Assembly (NCBI GenBank): GCA_905178155.1
Contig: CAJINV010000002.1
Coordinates: 10,396,146 to 10,460,145, forward strand
Direction of reading: 5' to 3'
Length of the DNA stretch: 64,000 bases
DNA from: Amoebophrya sp. A120
Taxonomy: Eukaryota; Protista; Dinoflagellata
The notes below the pieces were generated by a model. The model was not told the DNA's origin and made no database searches. It saw only the letters and a list, made by a program, of their open reading frames with translations. A program made the translations under genes and the position numbers. Below are positions 1 through 10,049 of this stretch, one piece after another (the first letter of the stretch is position 1; each line of letters starts with the position of its first letter).

Positions 1-1598
1 CAAAGGACTCACTTTTTTCAAATTTTTTCAGAATGTGGAAAAAAAAGGCTAATGCGTATTATCTCATTAATGCGCATGAATGCATCGGCATACAGCATCG
101 CTTTGCCTTCAATATATACAATTTATAACTGTATAAAAATTGCTCTGAATTGAAAACTCCAAATTTCAAAATTTTGCAATTTTTTGAAATTTTAAAATTC
201 GGCAGATTTCAACTATCAAAAAGAAATACATATCAAGAAAAGTGAAAGCCTGTGACAGAAACTTGCTGATCAAATGCGTGGTGCCACTTTGGAATGCATC
301 TGGTAGACAAATTTTTGCCAGCATCATTTTTTGATTTTTTTGCATTTTTTTAAATTGGAAGGAGTTTCTCCGTGTGAATCATTCTCTTTCTTTGTATTAA
401 TTGGGAAAATTGTTGTAGTCTAAAATATTATACACGTTGATGGCCATTAGTGCATTTTTTATTGGCTCCAGCCTCGAGCCAGTCGCAGGACCGTCTGGTC
501 CTAAGAGCACAGTGTCAGAAACGGGTTAAAACTGGTCATCGAACAATTCCGAGAAATCCGCAGCTGAGCGCTCTCCTCAACGACGGACGAGTTCACCGAA
601 AGTAGACGATTTATCTGTGCGTCTGCAACGACATACGATTGGCAACAAGTAATGTGCGACTTAAATGTCTTCCTACGATAAAGCCGACACGTCAGACCAG
701 ATTAAGCCGATTCTTCTTAAAAGCCGTGATGTTGTGAAGACACGAACTGGAGATAAGTCTCCGCTCGTCCTTACCCAGAAGGAGATCAACAGAGAGCCGA
801 TCGAGAGTGCGAAGCAAGGTTATTTTTTGTGTTTTTTGGTTTTTAAGTGTTTTTTTTTTACTTTTTTCAGTTTTTTATTCAGAAATTAGTTCTAGAAGTC
901 GAGTTAAGACAGACAAGCAAGGCCGTTGTCGTCTTCACGAAAATCTCTTCTACTGTTTTTGATTAAAATGAGAGATTTTTTCTGTCCGCATGAGTGTCGT
1001 GCTGCCTTCCTCGAAAACTTCCAACAAAAAATTGGCTGTGGGGCGACAGCAAAAAAGAGAGATATAAAAATTCAAGATTGCGCCCGATGATCGTGCGAGA
1101 CAAAAAGTTGAATGAGTTTTTTTATTAAACTGTCTTTTATAGGTCTTGTTACTTGTGTGTCCCAGTGTTCTTCTTATTGCCAAAGAACAAGTATTGACAA
1201 TCCAGTCTTCACCGATGAATATTTGGCAGTTTTATTTCTTTGCTTTTTCCAATAAGTTGTTCTTCAGCAAAAAAACTTTACCGAGGAATTTGAAACTGAT
1301 GGATCACTTAGCATCCTACGTCTCAGTAGATGCAAGCGCGTATTGCTTTGGTTCTGGAAAAAACGTCTTTTCTGAAACAGCGATTTTCATCTATTGAATG
1401 AGAAGTACTACCCATTTGATATAAAAGGATGTGATAGTTATATTCACGCTCTAATCTGAAGATAGTTCGAATATCTTTCTTCGGATAATCATCTCCTTTT
1501 CACATCTCTTCAATCCCGTCTTTTCGCGACTACTGCTGGATTCTTCTGATGTTATTCCGGATGATTCTATTCTGCCTTGCTGGTAACGAATTGTTCTT

Positions 1599-2426
1599 TT
1601 ACTGGATATTGCAGGGCCGCTCTTCCGAGATCCTGAAGTTTACGTTGTAAGTTCCAGGAGCGAGGTTGTAAATTCCTGGTTGCGCATCAAGATCAATTTC
1701 TCTATCTACTTGCGCCTGTTGATCATCGCCCGGCGTTTGCACGGCTATGCTTGCCGTATTTCCTTGATCAACAGCGGGAGACATGTTTGCAATCACTTGT
1801 TGATTATTGTCCTGCACGACGACGTTGTTGTTTTGAACGACGATGTTGTTGTTTTGAACGACGATGTTGTTGTTTCCACCGAGATCCTGATCATTGGCCT
1901 GCTGATTCTCCTGGTCAGCATTTCCGACGTTCTCATTACTGTCATCACCACCTGGTTCGTATTCTTCTTGGACGTCTTTTTCTGGAGAACGCGGAGCTTC
2001 CAATTCTTGTTCATTTCCTCCCTGTTCCACAAAATCAGACCACAATGGAACAACAGGTTGTTCTGGAGACACAGGAGATCCGAACAAAATCGGCAGATAA
2101 TCTCCCGTGTGAACTTCATACATCCTTGTAAGGTCTTCTGCCTGTTCTTGTCCTTCCGTGGGAATTTCATCCATCATTGCAAAGCTTTCTTCCTCTTCAG
2201 CCGTCGAACCAACGGCGTCATCCAAGATCGAGGCGACGTTGTTCACGGGAATTCCTTGTTGTGACAAGTCAGGAGACGTTAATTCTTGATCTGCATTTTC
2301 TTGTTCTTGTGGAGGTGCAGCTACATCTCCAGGAGACGGAGAAGCGGGAATTTGCTCATCGCTCTCCAATTCCCGTTGATGCTCGATGGCCCCATCCACT
2401 AACCCAATCACCGGCGAAGAAGCCAT
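1599..2426 (-). CDS. Hypothetical acidic Gln/Asn/Pro-rich low-complexity protein (275 aa; may extend 5' into the gap)
   Basis: Open 828-bp ORF with biased but coding-like composition and an internal NNN(I/V)VVQ x3 repeat; ATG lies 7 bp from the N-gap; no recognisable domain. Confidence 0.4.
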   Translation of the reverse strand: MASSPVIGLVDGAIEHQRELESDEQIPASPSPGDVAAPPQEQENADQELTSPDLSQQGIPVNNVASILDDAVGSTAEEEESFAMMDEIPTEGQEQAEDLTRMYEVHTGDYLPILFGSPVSPEQPVVPLWSDFVEQGGNEQELEAPRSPEKDVQEEYEPGGDDSNENVGNADQENQQANDQDLGGNNNIVVQNNNIVVQNNNVVVQDNNQQVIANMSPAVDQGNTASIAVQTPGDDQQAQVDREIDLDAQPGIYNLAPGTYNVNFRISEERPCNIQ

Positions 2427-2433
2427 GTTCTTG

Positions 2434-2533
2434 NNNNNNNNNNNNNNNNNNNNNNNNNNNNNNNNNNNNNNNNNNNNNNNNNNNNNNNNNNNNNNNNNNN
2501 NNNNNNNNNNNNNNNNNNNNNNNNNNNNNNNNN
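2434..2533. other. Assembly gap (100 N)
   Basis: Run of N. Confidence 0.99.
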
Positions 2534-2640
2534 CTCGGCTTTCTGGAAGGTAATTCGGTTTTTCTGCAAGGTAAATCGGTTTCTACTTGAAGGCAAATCG
2601 GTTTCTACTTGAAGGCAAATCGGTTGCTACTTGAACTCAA
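2534..2640. repeat. 22-bp minisatellite (AAATCGGTTTCTACTTGAAGGC), ~3 good plus degenerate copies, abutting the gap
   Basis: Units at ~2573, 2595 and 2617 with decayed copies toward the gap; may be the cause of the gap. Confidence 0.8.
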
Positions 2641-3308
2641 ATAGCCTCAAGTGTGGTCAATTGCAAAGCTCGGTGTTGCCATATTGCAAAGCTCGGAACA
2701 TGCAACTTGCAACCAGAAATTCTATTGAAATGCTCGGTGTGTCAAGATCAAATTCAAGGTAAAACGAGATCGAGTAGAAACCGTTTTCTTGAAAATAAAA
2801 CATGGTTTATGGGGGGGCAAATTATATTTTAAGCATTCATATTATACTCCTTCTCTTTTTATTTTCCCTTTCTTTTCGTTTTAGGCCTCTCCTCCTGCCT
2901 CACCTTACTGAATTACCATGAGCCATGGGTGCAGAGGGATGTATAGTGCATGTCGCGTTGTAATTGTTCTTTGAGAATGACAGCAAATCGAGCCGGTCTT
3001 TGCCTTTGCCGGGGAGGCCGTCTAATGATATATCATTCGCAGCCTATGCGCGGGATGTTGCCATGCTTTCTTTGCTTTTGCATTTGCTTTAGAGTCTGAG
3101 TCTTGAAAAACCATAACATTTTCACAAAAAGATGTACATTAACACATACAGGTCGTGGTCAAGTCAATATGGTATATCAATTCATATGCGGGTCGCGGGT
3201 AGTAGCTATGGTGGACGCATGTTTTTCCTTTCGTATTTCTTTATCGCGAATTCAAAAGGTGCATCAAGAATGACTATCATCTCCTTCATTTGATGCTTGC
3301 TGATCGTC

Positions 3309-6300
3309 TCACTGCACCTTCCTGGCTTGCTTCAATCGTTCCTCGAGCAGCTCGTAGTCTCCTTCCAGGTCGGTAATGGTCTTGATATTAAACTGTTTCT
3401 GGATACCCAGCATGAGCTCCTTTTCTCTCCTGTCGACCATGTTCACGGCGATACCCTTCATGCCGAAGCGTCCCGTACGACCGGTTCGGTGCAGGTAAGT
3501 TTCCCCGTTGGCTTCTCTATCGCCAATCCTGTTGATGTTCAGTGTTTTTCTGGCTTCTCGATACTTTCTTTCTTGCCTTGGTGGCGTCAGTCTCGTTGTT
3601 CTCTTTCCTTTGCTATGAAGTTGTACCAACTACATATCAACCACCTTTCAACGAGCCCTTTCTTTTCGTATACTCATGTCATCATCATGCAAACAAAATG
3701 CTACACTTCATCCAAAAATTGTAATACCTTGATCCCGCAGTCCATATGGTCGGGATTTCGTAGTTCACCACGAGCGTCACCGCCGGCACGTCGATTCCGC
3801 GCGCGAGGACGTCGGTAGCCACTAGAACTTTGGTGATGCCTATCATTTGTAAAAACGTCCCCACACCAGAGTCAAGATGGGGATTCTGCAACACAAACCT
3901 TGAAGTTTTGGGAACCACGCATGACAAGTTGCAGGCTGTAGTGTAGTACAGGTTAGCAAGGACAGTCGCATGACAAACCCATCTCCTCATCCTGTTTACA
4001 GCATTACAAGTGCCAAAACACGATTGGAAATGCCTCTCATGTAGGTGCGCATTACAAATTTTCCTGTCATTGCAAATCTGCATGACAACTCTGGGGTGGG
4101 GACGTTTTTGCTCAGGATAATGCCCCGCCGAAACTCGTCCATGACTTTGTCGCGGTGTGCGGGATCGATCTTTTCTGGCCCGGTCTGTATCAAATGTAAA
4201 AGTGTCTGGGTCTGGAAGGATACAACTTGTGATGCTACTTTTGGAATCTACAGAAAAACTGTATTGCATGAACAGCAAAAGAGGTGTGATTTGTGCTACG
4301 CGGACAGGGCATTTCTCATGCTGTATGAGCGTCAGAAAGCCCTCGCAAAATCTCTGATGCTATGGCATGCATCACAGACCTCATGGATCATGCAAAATCT
4401 GCATGACAAACTCCTGCATTCTTCCAGACCCAGACATTTTTGCAATCCATAGTCTGCTGCGTTCCGCAAATCAGCGACACGGCATACCCGTCCTTTCGCA
4501 ATCGAACGGAAACTTCGAACCTGTTAGTAGGGACAATTGTGGGTAGTTTTGGTGCTTTATTATCCTCCCCCGATTTATTTGATCCCTGGTCTATCTTGGC
4601 ATGTAGAAATTCTCTTCTGTGCGTGTGTACCTAGCAAGACCAGCACAAAGGAACAAATGGAAATCGAAATAGATGAATAATAATAAACAAAAGCATAAAT
4701 CAAATATAAATAGATCGTTCTCAGTACGCAGTTTTCCTGCTGTTCATGAAGATGATGGACTGCCCAACATTCAAGTGTGCGTATATTTCCTTCAGGGCCT
4801 GGTATTTCTCGTCGTTATTTGCACACTGCTGGTAAAAGGAGAGAATGGTGTCAATCGCCAAGTCCTTGTTTTGCACCGTGATTTTTGCTGCGTTCGGGAC
4901 GATGGCCTTCGCGAACTCTCGCACGTGATCCGGGTATCTGGTGGAGTTGTTTTCTTTTCCCATTGGAGAAGGCCGGCTTCAAAAACGCATTTTCGTGATC
5001 TACTTCGGCACGCTAGTAGATCTAGACAATGAAACCAACACAAACAAAAATCTCAGGAGAAAACAAATTGAGTAAATACGTGGCGGAGAAGAATAAAACT
5101 TGGCAATCTGGTGAGAGCCACTTTCGGACGGACGCGACGTCGCGGCCCATTTGATTCTCTTGGTCCAACATGACGTCAGCTTCGTCAAGGATGAAAACCT
5201 TCACCCGGTCCACGTTCAATATGCGCTTCTTTGTCACGTCGTAGATCTGTAGTGAATTTTGTGTTTTCGCGAAGTAGCGACTTCTTGCTGACAAACTTGT
5301 TCATGCTCACGGGTTTGCCGGAGAAAAAATAAAAAATCACGTGGTACGACAGCTTTGCTCGGTGACATGTTTTCAACAAAAAATGCGCAACAACGCAAAA
5401 ATGCGATCTGTACCCGTCCTGGTGTTCCGACTAGAATGTGTGCTTCGCATTTTCCCTTTTCGATTCTGTCTCCCTGAGGCAGCACCTTGAGGACCTTAAT
5501 GCCCATGAATTTCCCGAGCTTCATGACGACCTCCTCTGTCTGGTTCGCGAGTTCTCGTGTTGGTGCCATCACCATGGCCTGCGGATAGGTGAGCTTGGGA
5601 TCTATGTTCGCAAGCATTCCCAGTGAGAAGGTTGCCGTCTTACCGCTTCCATTTGCAGCCTGCCCGATCATGTTCTTCGATTTTGGCGGGCAGATGAGTG
5701 GCAGTGCGGCGGCTTGGATCCGTGAAGGTCGAACGTAGTTCATGCCGTGGATGCCCTCCATTAATTCCCTAGAGTAGTAGAGTTGTCCAGAGTTGTTGAA
5801 TTCTTTTCCTTTTTTTTCGGTAGCTTGCTGCGTAGCAGCACGGCGTGAGAGGTTGCACTACGAGGCCATGACGCTCGATCTGCGCAGTTTTCACGTAAGG
5901 AGAACCGCCAAAATATTTCATCTAATGGAAAAAATGACAATAAGTGTGTCTTTTTACGATGAAGTAAGAAAGTACTTTGTGAGGTTTAGCGAGTCCCAGG
6001 ATTCCGCAGCGAGCAAGGCCTCGCGATAATCAGCGTCAGCCCATTCTACTTGCACTTCGGCAGCCTTTTCGGAGATCAGCCCGCCACGGATGATAGGCGG
6101 TCGACCGTCCTCGTCCAGTTGGACTGGCGGCGCTGGTGCTGGTACTCCGTTCCCGTTGGCTGCAGACGAGGAGGCGCCTTTCTGGCCCACCGGTATTACC
6201 TGCACCGGAGGTGCTGCAGCGGGTGCGGCTGCTGGTGCCACGGCGGGGGCGACGGCTCCCGGAATTGCTGGTGCCCCGGGCGGTCCGGCCATGACAAGTC

Positions 6301-6454
6301 CCTGCTGCTTCATCCACTCGGCCCACTCCGCAGCGGTGTAGCTCTGACCCTCGGTGGCAGCGGCCGCGTTACCCGTGTTCATGGCGGCAAGCAGCAGGGA
6401 GGGATCCACATCCTCTTCCAGGCCCGGCGGCAAAGGCTGCTCGGCGTCGGTCAT
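3309..6454 (-). CDS. DBP5: DEAD-box RNA helicase DBP5/DDX19 (mRNA export), 8 exons
   Basis: Motifs PSRIQ, GQAANGSGKT, PTRELA, GTPGR, LDEAD, FSAT, QSIIF, TDVLARGID, ETYLHRTGRTGRFG. GT-AG introns at 5769-5975, 5247-5413, 4938-5079, 4521-4727 and 3529-3727, plus two introner introns (4188-4451, 3841-4119). The spliced frame is continuous (…SLICGTQQTGPEKIDPAHRDKVMDEFRRGITKVLVATD…). Confidence 0.93.
3841..4119. mobile_element. Introner element, family C (279 bp), non-canonical intron in DBP5
   Basis: Left end TATCATTTGTAAAAACGTCCCCACACCAGAGT; right end reverse complement TATCCTGAGCAAAAACGTCCCCACCCCAGAGT; TSD ATGCC at 3836-3840 and 4120-4124; excision gives RRG-I-TKV in frame. Confidence 0.9.
4188..4451. 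mobile_element. Introner element, family A (264 bp), non-canonical intron in DBP5
   Basis: TIR core AAA(A/G)TGTCTGGGTCTGGAAG at both ends; TSD GTCTG at 4183-4187 and 4452-4456; excision gives GTQQ-T-GPEK in frame. Confidence 0.92.
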
Positions 6455-7662
6455 GGTTTTCAATTATAATATCTTCCTCCACTAAATGACAAGCGCTGGC
6501 TGCTCACTAAAAAATTCTTCAAGTTCTTGTTTACGTGTCTGTGCTCTAATAAAGTGATTATGATAGAGCGTCAATGCTAGGTTACACAGTTGTCGCAAAG
6601 GAATGAAGTCGCAAAGCTGCGAATAATTGAAGGCTGCGTGTAACCTTGAAGAAAGTCAACATCTAAGGCCCTAAAAACTTGCCTGTTTGGATTCCAATTT
6701 TGACGGTGTACTTACAACAAGAAGGGGGCATACAGTATAGAAAACTTGTCCTATGATCTTTCGTTAAGCATGCAGGTAGTCATGGATATTGATATGATCT
6801 TCGTCTTTCATCTCTTACTTAATTCAACAAAAAATGCGATCGCTTCCACTTTTCTCACCCAACTTTCTTCGACTTGGCTTTGTGCATTTTTGGATCATTT
6901 GCACGGCAACACAAATGAGATGACCGACGATCTTCGACGAAAATCAATATTAATATTTCGTAAAATTCTTCTAATCGAGTCGAATCTTCCATACGGATAC
7001 ACTATGACAGCGACTCAGATCGAGACAACATTGAGATTGAGATCTCCATTTGGATGTGTACGACGCCAATTCTTTGAACTCGGTTTTGATCTTGATGCGC
7101 AACGAATGGGCCTCAGGACCAATTTGCATTTTATGATCTTCCATCAGAGTTATGTCGTTTCTGTCCCCACCCGCTTTTGCACATTATCCTTGCAGCAGCA
7201 GGAGCTGCGGTTTCTCTTAGGTATTACTAGGAAACGCAAACACAAAGCCACGTATGCAAGAATCCGTGGCGCAAAGGCGTTCTGAAGGTAGTGAGCTCCC
7301 TACCTTGAGGAGCACAGACAAAGAACGCAGTGCATCATGCGTTAATATATCCATCAACTCGCAGTTGCGTGAGTAGAGGTCTCGCCTACAAACACTTCGA
7401 GGTGTTCAGTCTTCTACAGGAGCCCACTTAAGGTCCTATGGTGCTGACATCAGTGTAGAAAGAGGTCAGGTGATGTAACTCCAGCTGCTGCACAAAAGTA
7501 CTACTATTCAACACTTTACACTTCCGCGATGCGCTTGATATGCTGTATCAATATTTTTGTGGTTCGTCGCTTTACTAGTCAGCAAGCGCTGGTAGAATTT
7601 AATTTTGGAGCGCCGAACAGCGTATAAATCTTCGCAGCTTTCGAAAAAGCTGATCTGCATGA

Positions 7663-9006
7663 TCAATCGCCACGTTCCCTTGACCAAATGTCTTCACCTG
7701 TGGGAAATGTGCCTTGATCCAGCACCTGCTGGATGGCTTCCATGTGGTCGGCTGCGAGGAAAATCTTCTTTCCCGTGTTGTCGCGCTGCTTGCCCCCACT
7801 TTGGATGATTTTGGTTTCATCGAGGTGTTTCGCGTCGCGCACACCGATGATAACCGCACCGCCAAACCCGTCGGTCTCCAGTTTTTGCAGAACCCACCAC
7901 GTTGCGACAACGGCAATTTTCGTCTGGGTCGCGTTCGCGATCTTCTCCAGCGTGCGCAGCAACCGCTGGAACAGGTCCCAGTCCCCGCGGCACCACGACA
8001 TCAGGCTGGAGTAGTACATTCGCAAGGAAACCGTGGAGGACTCCTGGAACTTTCGGGAACTACGCATCGGATCGGACTCCATGCCCAAAAACTTCTCGCT
8101 CAACCACCCCCCGGCCACCGAGCCAAAGCAAGTCAACTTGAACTGGTGCTTCTTCGCGAGCTGCAAGACCCCGTTCTCCGGACGCCGGTCCAGCAGGGAG
8201 AACTGCACCTGGTTCACCCGGACGGGGAACTGAGCCTTTTCGATCAGTTCCCTCAAGTGGACAGTGTCAAAATTTGTGACCGCCAAGTGCTCAATTTTCC
8301 CCTCGGCCTGCAGCGACATCAGGTCCCGCGCGCCCTGGATGTGCCCGCGGTCGGCGAAATTCCACCAGTGGAACTGCACGAGTTCCAGCGGGTAGTCATT
8401 GTCTTGCTCTTTCTTCCGAAAGTCCTCCTGGAAAAGCGCTTTGCGGGATAGCTGGTTGATCCGCAGGGCGGACTCCTGGGGCCCGGAGGGCACGTACTTC
8501 GTGAACACGTGGAAATCGAGATCAGTCTTGTTACCCGTGTTCTTTGCATTTTGCAGCAACTCCAGCCGGATTGCTTGCCGGGCGAACCCGAGGAGTGTCT
8601 CGCTGGGGCCGTAGATGTCGGCGGTGTCAAAGTGGTGAAAACCATTTCTGTAGTACTCCTGCAGAAGTTCCACCGCTTTCTCATTGTTCTTCAATCGCTC
8701 CGTCAACTGCCAGCACCCAATCACGACCGTGGGAAAACTGTCGTAAAAAGTTTTCACCTTGGCTGCGTCAGCACTTTGTTCCGACATGCTATCGAGCGCG
8801 GAGTCGGCTGTCGCTGACAAGGTTCCCCGGGGTTCCGTTGCTACGGTCGTTTCTGCGGTCGCTTCTGCTTCAAGCTCTATGAAAGTGTCAGAATCGAAAT
8901 CGACAAAATCGAAAAATTTGTGATGCATAAAATCGATACCAGTTGGGCCCTCAGTTTCCGAGTGGCGCATGACAAATTTCGGGAGCACCCAAATCCAGTC
9001 TGTCAT
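7663..9006 (-). CDS. Aldo/keto reductase family protein (QFHWW-type subfamily)
   Basis: GCWQL, FDTADIYGPSE (catalytic D/Y), FTKYVP (K), LELVQFHWW (H), AVTNFD, NQVQFSLLDRRPE; intronless; exact start uncertain. Confidence 0.88.
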   Translation of the reverse strand: MTDWIWVLPKFVMRHSETEGPTGIDFMHHKFFDFVDFDSDTFIELEAEATAETTVATEPRGTLSATADSALDSMSEQSADAAKVKTFYDSFPTVVIGCWQLTERLKNNEKAVELLQEYYRNGFHHFDTADIYGPSETLLGFARQAIRLELLQNAKNTGNKTDLDFHVFTKYVPSGPQESALRINQLSRKALFQEDFRKKEQDNDYPLELVQFHWWNFADRGHIQGARDLMSLQAEGKIEHLAVTNFDTVHLRELIEKAQFPVRVNQVQFSLLDRRPENGVLQLAKKHQFKLTCFGSVAGGWLSEKFLGMESDPMRSSRKFQESSTVSLRMYYSSLMSWCRGDWDLFQRLLRTLEKIANATQTKIAVVATWWVLQKLETDGFGGAVIIGVRDAKHLDETKIIQSGGKQRDNTGKKIFLAADHMEAIQQVLDQGTFPTGEDIWSRERGD

Positions 9007-10049
9007 GCTGTTTGGACAAAGAAGACTGCTCCTGTCATGCTACTCTGGCAGCACATTGCATACCCCTAAACAGGCTCACAATCGGCCTGATTTGCCTGCT
9101 CCCCAATACAGGCCTTCAGTGCCCTACATTTTATGCATCACAAGACCACCGATTTTGTCGATTTCGATCCTGACACATCCATAAGCTCCCCGCCTGCGGT
9201 ATAGCTAAAGACCTGGGAGGCCTCGTCTACGTGATGGGATTTGTTACTTGCAGCCTGTTCTAGTACTTGGGTGTTTCCATCAATGCGTGATCGTGAGTCA
9301 TCGGGTCCTGCTGTGTGGCATGAAGATCCATGATCGTCTTTCAAACACTTGGCAGAAGTGGTTTCTTCAGCAATAGGAACTGGGTTCTTGCGTTTCGAGG
9401 CATGAGTAGTGAGAAGGTAGCAAAAACTGGTGCCGCGCAACAGGCGTGCTAGGACTTCTAGAACCGATCGCATAACTTTATTATTTTTCCTGGTGGTCTA
9501 CTCGTCGAACGCAATAACAGCTAGCTCTTTCGATCTACTTGAACATATTCTTGACGGGCAGTAAAACTACTTCGGGGGCCTCCGCTTTCAGGAGCTACAG
9601 ACGCGTGGATCAAGTTGCGTTGCCGTTTGCATTGCAATCAGAGAGATGCGTCGTTGGGGAGGCACAGGCAACCCAAAAATGGAGCAGAAGCAAAAAGAAA
9701 AACCTGAAAAGAATCTATCAGTATGAGTCAATGTCACTGGAAAAAAATATTTCGTAGGGTGCTCGTCACGGCAACAGACGGAGCTTGTAAATAGCTTTGG
9801 GTCCGAGCAGCTCATGTGGAAAAGCACGAACACAAATCTGAATTGTCAACGATATTATGCGGTCACGGTCCTCGCTGTAGTTGTTAATGATAATGTTATT
9901 CATTTGTATGTTCGGTATGATGCTCTTGTCGCGCTGTGGTTTTTCGCACCGCCTGCAGCGTTGTAGTCAACAGGCACGCTCATCTAGTCTACGTCGTGGT
10001 GTGTTAACATCAAAAATGATTTCTTGCCTCGCAGTGGCGATGCAAACTC

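Noticed and set aside
3685-4452. ORFs containing ILPDPDIFTFD / KIPPPHIEK peptides (also at 11125-11831 and 55616-56757) as a protein family or transposase
   Set aside because: They are translations of introner TIRs; the elements are too short to encode a transposase.
5240-5413. TACAGATC direct repeat at both ends of a DBP5 intron as a degenerate introner TSD
   Set aside because: The intron is canonical GT-AG without TIRs, and the GTPGR|IYD junction fits the helicase consensus.
6746-7285. 179-aa plus-strand ORF
   Set aside because: Non-ATG start, opposite to the gene strand, no motif or coding-like bias.
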